A DNA stretch of 64,000 bases, taken from assembly GCA_947623205.1 (NCBI GenBank), contig CANQGM010000010.1, positions 12,811 through 76,810 of the forward strand, read 5' to 3'. The notes beneath the pieces are model-generated. The model ran no database searches. It saw nothing but the letters and a program-made list of their open reading frames with translations, and was not told the origin of the DNA. This DNA comes from an uncultured Clostridia bacterium (GTDB lineage: Bacteria; Bacillota; Clostridia; Oscillospirales; Acutalibacteraceae). Below are positions 55,732-64,000 of the stretch, one piece after another. Made by a program: the position numbers and the translations under genes. How positions within the stretch are numbered: position 1 is the first letter of the stretch; each line of letters opens with the position of its first letter.

Positions 55732-56694
55732 ATGAATATTTCAGTTTTAGGATGCGGCCGCTGGGGCAGCTGTATTGCATGGTATCTTGACAAAATAGGA
55801 CATAATGTCTTATCCTGCGGACTTGCGGATGCTCCTGAGTTTATTGAACTAAAAAATACCCACAAAAACGACTATCTTGCCTTTCCGCCGTCAATTGAAG
55901 TTTCTTCAGACCTTGAAAAGGCAGTAAACAGAGCGGAAGTTATTGTAATTTCAATTTCTTCTCAATATCTTCGCTCTTATTTCAGTGAAATTTCAAAGTA
56001 TGATCTTGACAACAAAATAATTGTTCTATGTATGAAGGGCGTTGAAGCTGCAACCGGTAAAAGGCTCAGCGAGATCGTGGGAGAATTTGTAGACGAGGAC
56101 AAAACCCCAATTGCCGTATGGGTGGGGCCGGGACACCCTCAGGATTATGTAAGAGGAATACCCAATTGTATGGTAATTGACAGCAACAACCGTGAAATAA
56201 AAGAAAAACTGGTCAGCGAGTTTACAAGCGAGCTTATCAGGTTTTACCTTGGCACAGACCTGATAGGCAGCGAAATAGGCGCGGCGGCAAAAAATGTTAT
56301 AGGAATTGCGGCAGGAATGTTGGACGGGCTCAACTACACCTCGCTTAAAGGCGCGCTTATGGCAAGGGGCACGCGCGAAATTGCCCGACTCATAAAAGCC
56401 CTTTGTGGCAACGAGATGAGCGCTTACGGGCTTTGTCATCTTGGAGATTATGAAGCAACGCTGTTTTCAAAATGGAGCCACAACCGAAAATTCGGCGAGG
56501 ACCTTGTTAAAGGCATAAAATACGATAAACTTGCCGAAGGGGTAATGACCTCAAAGGCGCTGTACAAGCTGGGAATTGAAAAAAGCGTAGATATGCCGAT
56601 AGTAAACAGCGTTTACAGCGTTTTGTTTAAAAATGTTGACGCAAAAGAAGCTTTGGGAAAACTATTTATTCGCTCGGTAAAAAAGGAATTTTAA
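55732..56694 (+). CDS. gpsA: NAD(P)H-dependent glycerol-3-phosphate dehydrogenase
   Basis: GCGRWG, MKGVE, GPGHP, GAAAKNVIGIAAG, GLCHLGD, SHNRKFG, AEGV. Confidence 0.93.
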   Translation: MNISVLGCGRWGSCIAWYLDKIGHNVLSCGLADAPEFIELKNTHKNDYLAFPPSIEVSSDLEKAVNRAEVIVISISSQYLRSYFSEISKYDLDNKIIVLCMKGVEAATGKRLSEIVGEFVDEDKTPIAVWVGPGHPQDYVRGIPNCMVIDSNNREIKEKLVSEFTSELIRFYLGTDLIGSEIGAAAKNVIGIAAGMLDGLNYTSLKGALMARGTREIARLIKALCGNEMSAYGLCHLGDYEATLFSKWSHNRKFGEDLVKGIKYDKLAEGVMTSKALYKLGIEKSVDMPIVNSVYSVLFKNVDAKEALGKLFIRSVKKEF

Positions 56695-56709
56695 ACAGGT
56701 GGTAAAAAT

Positions 56710-58335
56710 ATGAGTAAAACTAAAAAGAAACCAGTCAAAAACAAAACTGTTGTAAGCGAGGAAAAACAGGGAAAATTTGAGTATTACGTTACTAATGCTG
56801 TTTGTGTAATACTTTTTATTTTATTTGCTTACATAACAGTCATTAGTTTTATTCAGACAAGCGTTATTGACCCCGCCAAATACGCCTCCGAAGTAATACT
56901 CTATCAAAATGACGCGGTCATTATTAATTTGCTGTTAACGGCTGCGTTTATTGCCTTTTTGTTTTTAACAAAAAGGTGGTATAACTTTTTTGCAAAAATA
57001 AATATAAAATTTATGGAAATAGGACTTGCGGCATATGTTTTGATACTTGGGTTTACATGGATATTATCTGTAATGTCTGTCCCTGCTGCCGACAGTCAAA
57101 ATATTTTTGAAACTGCAACCGACGCCGTAAACGGAAAATACTCTTCGCTTATAGACGGACAAAATTTTTACAACAGCGATTACTACGGCGGTTATTCCTA
57201 TTATAACTACTATCCGTTTCAGCTTGGATTTGTTTTTATTTGCGAAATAATTTACAGACTGTTCGGAACAGCAAGCTCTATGCCTTTACAGGTTATAAAT
57301 GTTTTATGTACTGCCGCGGCATATCTTGCAATTGCCAAAATTACCGCGCTGTTATTTAAAAAGCGTTCAATTGAATTTATGTCTATAATTTTGCTTGCGG
57401 GGTGCTTTCAGCCGATTTTATTCTGCACGTTCGCTTACGGAAATGTAATAGGAATGTGCTGTGCGCTTTGGTCAAGTTACTTTTTGATAAAATATTTCAG
57501 AACAAACAAATATACGCTGCTCATACCCTGCGGACTTTTACTCATTACAGCAACGCTTGCAAAATACAACAATATGATTTATCTTGTTGCTTTTGTTATT
57601 ATGCTTATAATTCATACCGTAAAACAAAAAAAATGGCAGAGCATAGCGTTTGCGCTGGCAATTTGCATTGCCGCGGCGGGCGCGAGCAGCCTTGTAATAA
57701 TGAGTTATGAAAGCAGAGCGGGAGTAAAGCTTTCGGACGGTGTTTCTCAAACGCTTTATCTCGATATGGGACTAAACGAGTCATATATGGCGCCGGGCTG
57801 GTACAACGGCATTTCGCTTCAAACATACAAAAACAACGCTCTTAACTCCGAAGCGGCGAACAGAGCCGCGTTAAGCGACATTAAATCAAGACTTGGCATA
57901 ATGTCAAAGGATCCCGGCTATGCACTTGAGTTTTTCAATAAAAAAATTATCAGTCAATGGAACGAGCCTACTTTTGAAAGCATTTGGGTAAGCAAGGTAA
58001 AGGGACATTACAAAAACATAAATTCGCTTGCGGAAAGTGTTTATTCCGGCTCTTTCGGGCAGTTTTTTGAAAGTTATTTTAACTTTTATATGCAGATAAT
58101 ATATCTTTTATTTACAACAGGTATTGTTTGTTTGGTATTAAATAAAAAAGCGAATATTGAAACCGCGCTTTTACCGCTTGTTTTATTAGGCGGTTTTGGC
58201 TATCACTTGTTGTTTGAGGGAAAATCGCAATATCTGCTTACTTATATTGTATTGCTCATTCCAACTGCGGCTTATGCAATTGGATGTATTCTTGACGGCA
58301 AGTACACAAAAATCAAGACCTTACTGAAGAAATAA
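56710..58335 (+). CDS. Polytopic membrane protein, GT-C fold (ArnT/PMT-like) glycosyltransferase candidate
   Basis: More than 12 TM helices; P.AD..Y loop, YPFQ.G, KYN and EGKSQY motifs. Family assignment is inference. Confidence 0.65.
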   Translation: MSKTKKKPVKNKTVVSEEKQGKFEYYVTNAVCVILFILFAYITVISFIQTSVIDPAKYASEVILYQNDAVIINLLLTAAFIAFLFLTKRWYNFFAKINIKFMEIGLAAYVLILGFTWILSVMSVPAADSQNIFETATDAVNGKYSSLIDGQNFYNSDYYGGYSYYNYYPFQLGFVFICEIIYRLFGTASSMPLQVINVLCTAAAYLAIAKITALLFKKRSIEFMSIILLAGCFQPILFCTFAYGNVIGMCCALWSSYFLIKYFRTNKYTLLIPCGLLLITATLAKYNNMIYLVAFVIMLIIHTVKQKKWQSIAFALAICIAAAGASSLVIMSYESRAGVKLSDGVSQTLYLDMGLNESYMAPGWYNGISLQTYKNNALNSEAANRAALSDIKSRLGIMSKDPGYALEFFNKKIISQWNEPTFESIWVSKVKGHYKNINSLAESVYSGSFGQFFESYFNFYMQIIYLLFTTGIVCLVLNKKANIETALLPLVLLGGFGYHLLFEGKSQYLLTYIVLLIPTAAYAIGCILDGKYTKIKTLLKK

Positions 58336-58364
58336 TAAGAAAGATAAAATCAATACTACCCGTT

Positions 58365-58650
58365 ATCTGTTATTTTCACATTTTTCTGTTCTAACAATTT
58401 TCTTAATATTTCTCTCATATTTCTTCTTACCATATATCTCTTTTATTCTGAATTTTGGTACAAAGACTATATGATACTGACATCTTTAGGTTGAGTAGGC
58501 TGTTGTTTTATCTTGTTATTATTACATCCTCCTTGTATTCTTTGGTAATGCGTCATCAAACATTCACCATAATACTCGGAGGTTTTCTTTTGCCAAAGCT
58601 TTTATTTTCCCTAGTTAAACCTATGGGTTATTTCCACGCCTTAAAAGACA
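58365..58650 (-). mobile_element. Degenerate IS200/IS605-family tnpA remnant (5' part)
   Basis: Minus strand: RBS AAGGAGG, then T*RCQYHIVFVPKFRIKEIYG and, after a frameshift, EILRKLLEQKNVKIT. This matches the IS200 TnpA N-terminus (W.CKYHIVF.PKYR...EILR.LC). Confidence 0.75.
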
Positions 58651-58654
58651 TCAA

Positions 58655-58693
58655 CAAAAAAGGGGCTGTCTCAAAACTATGTTGAGACAGCCC
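58655..58693 (-). terminator. groEL terminator
   Basis: GGGCTGTCTCAA-n7-TTGAGACAGCCC followed by a T-run on the minus strand. Confidence 0.85.
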
Positions 58694-58726
58694 TCGGCTT
58701 TTATATTACTATTAATTAATATTAAA

Positions 58727-60373
<1,647 letters not shown>

Positions 60374-60400
60374 TTAAATTGATTATATAAATTATATTAA

Positions 60401-60746
<346 letters not shown>

Positions 60747-60915
60747 TTATATTTTATACCATATTTTAGAAATGTCAAGAGCAATTTGACTATTTTTGAC
60801 CTTTAATTTAATAAATTTTATTAACGAAACAATTATATTAAAGAGAATTAAATAATTATTGTTCGATTAATCATTGTTTTACTTTAAAAAATTGAGGCTA
60901 AATTTTATAAGTTCA

Positions 60916-62112
60916 TCAAATATTTTTATGAAATATAATCTCATTCAAAACAGCATTTGCGACCTCATTTTTGCTCATTTTAGGCAGCTCGGTTATACCG
61001 TCTTTTTTTATAAGTGTAACAACATTTGTGTCCGTGCCAAAACCCGCACCCTCCGTTTTGAGATCATTTGCAACTATCATATCAACATTTTTTTCTTTAA
61101 GCTTTGCAGCTGCATTTTCAATTAAATTTTCCGTTTCCATTGCAAAACCGCATATGAACTGACCCGGCTTTTTGTCGCTTGCCGCTTCATAAAGAATGTC
61201 TTTGGTGCGTTTAAGCTCAACACTTAACCCGCCGTTTGCTTTTTTAATTTTTTCTTCGCTGACATTTAACGGCGTAAAGTCTGCTACCGCCGCTGACATT
61301 ATGATTATATCCGCCTCATCCTTACGCTTAATAACAGCCTTATACATATCATCTGCGCTCAATACGGGAACAACCTCTGTAAAAGGCGGAGGAGAGATTC
61401 CTGTCCTGCCGGTAATCAGAATAACCCTCGCGCCCCTTAACATAGCACATTTTGCAATGGCATAGCCCATTTTGCCCGTTGAATGATTGCTTATAAATCT
61501 TACCGGGTCAATTGCTTCTATGGTAGGACCTGCCGTGACAAGAACAGTTTTTCCTGTTAAATCTTTTTTGTATGCTATTTCACGCAGAATATAGTCGAGC
61601 AACAAATTTTCATCTGCAAGTTTTCCCGCACCCGTAGTTCCGCAAGCTAAATACCCCGTTGCAGGAGCAACTATTTCCATGCCGTAAGCGGCAAGTTTTT
61701 TTATATTGTCCCGGACTATCGGGTTTTCATACATATTTGTGTTCATTGCCGGAGCTATTATCTTCTTCTTTTTGCAAGCCATAATTGTAGTGGTAAGCAT
61801 ATCGTCGGCTATGCCGTTAGCAATTTTTCCGATTATATTCGCAGAGGCGGGCGCAACCATAAATACGTCCGCTTTATTGGCGAGGGCTATGTGTTCAATA
61901 TTAAACTGAAAGTTCCTGTCAAACGTATCTACAAGGCATTTGTTGCCCGTCAGGCTTTCAAATGTAATAGGATTTATAAAATTGGTCGCATTCTCGGTCA
62001 TAATTACCTGTACATCGGCGCCGAGCTTAACAAGCATACTTGCCAGATTTGCAATTTTATATGCCGCTATACTCCCTGTAACTCCTAATACAACTGTTTT
62101 TCCGTTTAACAT
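60916..62112 (-). CDS. coaBC: Phosphopantothenoylcysteine decarboxylase/synthase
   Basis: GVTGSIAAYK, PAMNTNM, LACG..G.G, TAGPT.E.IDPVRFISNHSTGKMG. Confidence 0.97.
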   Translation of the reverse strand: MLNGKTVVLGVTGSIAAYKIANLASMLVKLGADVQVIMTENATNFINPITFESLTGNKCLVDTFDRNFQFNIEHIALANKADVFMVAPASANIIGKIANGIADDMLTTTIMACKKKKIIAPAMNTNMYENPIVRDNIKKLAAYGMEIVAPATGYLACGTTGAGKLADENLLLDYILREIAYKKDLTGKTVLVTAGPTIEAIDPVRFISNHSTGKMGYAIAKCAMLRGARVILITGRTGISPPPFTEVVPVLSADDMYKAVIKRKDEADIIIMSAAVADFTPLNVSEEKIKKANGGLSVELKRTKDILYEAASDKKPGQFICGFAMETENLIENAAAKLKEKNVDMIVANDLKTEGAGFGTDTNVVTLIKKDGITELPKMSKNEVANAVLNEIIFHKNI

Positions 62113-62142
62113 ACAATAACTCCTTTGCTTTTGAAAACAGCC

Positions 62143-62541
62143 CTACTTTTTAAAATCCTCCGTCAAAAGTCCGTGCTTTTCATATCTTGATATATTTACT
62201 ATATGATTATCCTCATCCGTAAACACAACATAAGGTCTGTTGGTTTTAGCTTCTTCGGGCGTCATTTGTGCATAACACATAATTATTATATGGTCTCCCA
62301 CGGCAACCTGTCTTGCGGCTGCACCGTTAAGACAAATCATTCCCGAGCCTGCCTCGCCTGCAATTGTGTATGTTTCAAATCTGTTGCCGTTATTCACGTC
62401 AACTACCTGCACCATTTCATATTCAAGTATATTTGCCGCTTTCATAAGCTCGGCATCTATTGTTATGCTGCCCACATAATTAACATCGGCCTGTTTTACA
62501 ACGGCGCGGTGAATTTTTCCTTTTAAAATTGTTAAATTCAT
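62143..62541 (-). CDS. panD: Aspartate 1-decarboxylase
   Basis: [15 protein letters not shown] (self-cleavage G/S), [15 protein letters not shown]. Start at 62541. Confidence 0.97.
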   Translation of the reverse strand: MNLTILKGKIHRAVVKQADVNYVGSITIDAELMKAANILEYEMVQVVDVNNGNRFETYTIAGEAGSGMICLNGAAARQVAVGDHIIIMCYAQMTPEEAKTNRPYVVFTDEDNHIVNISRYEKHGLLTEDFKK

Positions 62542-62569
62542 ATATTCTCCTATTTTAACTGTTACAATA

Positions 62570-63412
62570 TCAGTCTGTAATAAAATTATCAATTAATCTT
62601 GTTTTGCCTATATATACTGCTATTGCAATCAATACTGACTTTCCTATTTTATCAACAGGTTTAATAGTGTTAAAATCAACTGCACTAACATAGTCTATTC
62701 TTGCCAATGGTTCTGTTTTAATATTATTTGATATAGCTTCAATTACTTTTTTAGCGTCTGTTTCTCCCTGTTCAATTAACTTTTTTCCAAGGTCAAGACT
62801 CTTGCTGAGAATAAGCGCTGCCGCCCTCTCATCTTTGCTTAAATAAGTATTTCTTGAGCTTTTTGCAAGCCCGTCAGCTTCACGAATAATCGGGCAGCCT
62901 ATAATTTCAACATCTGCGTTTAAATCTGCAACCATTCTTTTTATAACGGCTAACTGCTGGGCGTCCTTTTGTCCAAAATATGCCCTATCGGGCTTTACTA
63001 TATTAAACAGTTTAAGTACAACGGTCTGAACTCCTCTGAAATGACCCGGTCTTGATTTGCCGCAGAGTTCCGCAGTCAATCCGTTCATATCAACATAAGA
63101 GCAAAAATTATCATCATACATTTCAGACGGTTCGGGGTGGAATATTAAATCTACTCCCACGCTTTCACATAGCTTTATATCCCTGTTAAAATCTCTTGGA
63201 TAAGTTTTCAAATCCTCTGACGGTCCAAACTGCATAGGATTAACAAATATACTTACCGCTACCTTATCGTTATGGGCTCTTGCCGCTTCCATAAGACTTT
63301 TATGACCCTCGTGAAGATACCCCATAGTAGGAACAAAGCCAACAGTAAGTCCTTGTTTTTTCCATTCATTAATTTTTGTTCTTACTTCTTTTACCGTATA
63401 ACAAATATCCAT
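62570..63412 (-). CDS. panC: Pantoate--beta-alanine ligase
   Basis: [46 protein letters not shown]. Confidence 0.98.
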   Translation of the reverse strand: MDICYTVKEVRTKINEWKKQGLTVGFVPTMGYLHEGHKSLMEAARAHNDKVAVSIFVNPMQFGPSEDLKTYPRDFNRDIKLCESVGVDLIFHPEPSEMYDDNFCSYVDMNGLTAELCGKSRPGHFRGVQTVVLKLFNIVKPDRAYFGQKDAQQLAVIKRMVADLNADVEIIGCPIIREADGLAKSSRNTYLSKDERAAALILSKSLDLGKKLIEQGETDAKKVIEAISNNIKTEPLARIDYVSAVDFNTIKPVDKIGKSVLIAIAVYIGKTRLIDNFITD

Positions 63413-63442
63413 AATTTTATTCTCCTGTGCAATTCCGATTTA

Positions 63443-64000
63443 TCAGTACAATTTTTTAATTATTTCTTCATCAATTTTAAAGCTATGCTCTTCAGCAGGA
63501 AAAACGCCTGATGAAACCTCAGAAATGTAAGATTTAAAAGCGTCTTTCATAATATCTCCTACATTTGCGTACTGCTTAACAAACTTGGGTTTAAAATCGG
63601 AATACATGGCGAGCATATCCTGATACACCAAAACCTGTCCGTCGCAACCTGCTCCGGCACCTATCCCTATGGTAGGAATGCTTATCAGCTCAGATATTTT
63701 TTTTGCAAGCGCCGCAGGAACACATTCGAGCACAACCGAAAACGCACCCGCTTCTTCAATTGCCCTTGCCTCGTCAAGCAGCCTTTTTGCGGCAGCTTCG
63801 CATTTTCCCTGTACTTTAAAACCGCCGAACGCATTTATTGACTGAGGCGTCAGACCGATGTGGCCGCATACGGGTATAGACGCATTTACAATTGCCTTTA
63901 TATGGTCGCATATCTCTAATCCGCCTTCAAGTTTGACTGCCTGCGCTCTGCCCTCTTTTACGAGTCTGCCCGCGTTAACAACCGCGTCATATACCGAAGT
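63443..64000 (-). CDS. panB: 3-methyl-2-oxobutanoate hydroxymethyltransferase, C-terminal part (starts beyond the right edge)
   Basis: Frame open to base 64000: [34 protein letters not shown]. Confidence 0.97.
   Translation of the reverse strand, partial: TSVYDAVVNAGRLVKEGRAQAVKLEGGLEICDHIKAIVNASIPVCGHIGLTPQSINAFGGFKVQGKCEAAAKRLLDEARAIEEAGAFSVVLECVPAALAKKISELISIPTIGIGAGAGCDGQVLVYQDMLAMYSDFKPKFVKQYANVGDIMKDAFKSYISEVSSGVFPAEEHSFKIDEEIIKKLY

Noticed and set aside
58455-58685. 76-aa plus-strand ORF
   Set aside because: Antisense to the IS200 remnant, TTG start without RBS.

Overview
A ~40% GC, mostly core-genome window from a spore-forming Clostridia bacterium (gene content and order suggest an Oscillospiraceae-like anaerobe; this is inference). 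It holds: aspS (cut by the left edge), UDG4, pduL, pckA; rpmG-secE-nusG-rplKAJL with two L1-binding sites and an L10 leader; murI-DUF1934-argS; two feo loci; fabK-fabD-fabG-fabF-accB-fabZ-accC-accD-accA; PBP1A-hom-lysC; convergent tRNA-Arg(CCT) and tRNA-Leu(CAA); a pyrB fused to a PyrI-like zinc domain; addAB; a YtrA-type GntR/ABC module with an internally deleted ATPase; spoIIR; ispE; nadE; a priming sugar transferase plus O-antigen-ligase-like gene; a 6S-like RNA; gpsA; a GT-C-like membrane protein; an IS200 remnant; CIRCE-groESL; and panBCD-coaBC (panB cut by the right edge). I saw no CRISPR array, prophage, integrase or defence island, and no multi-gene system I can call new. The best leads are non-coding or small: a self-contained ~105-nt sRNA unit with anti-Shine-Dalgarno seeds (54855-54994), a 147-bp multibranched palindromic element after rplL whose ends match the groEL terminator, four GTTAG-N6-CTAAC boxes controlling only one feo locus, and a 17-bp perfect hairpin inside a coding sequence. 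All calls were made by eye, with no database searches.
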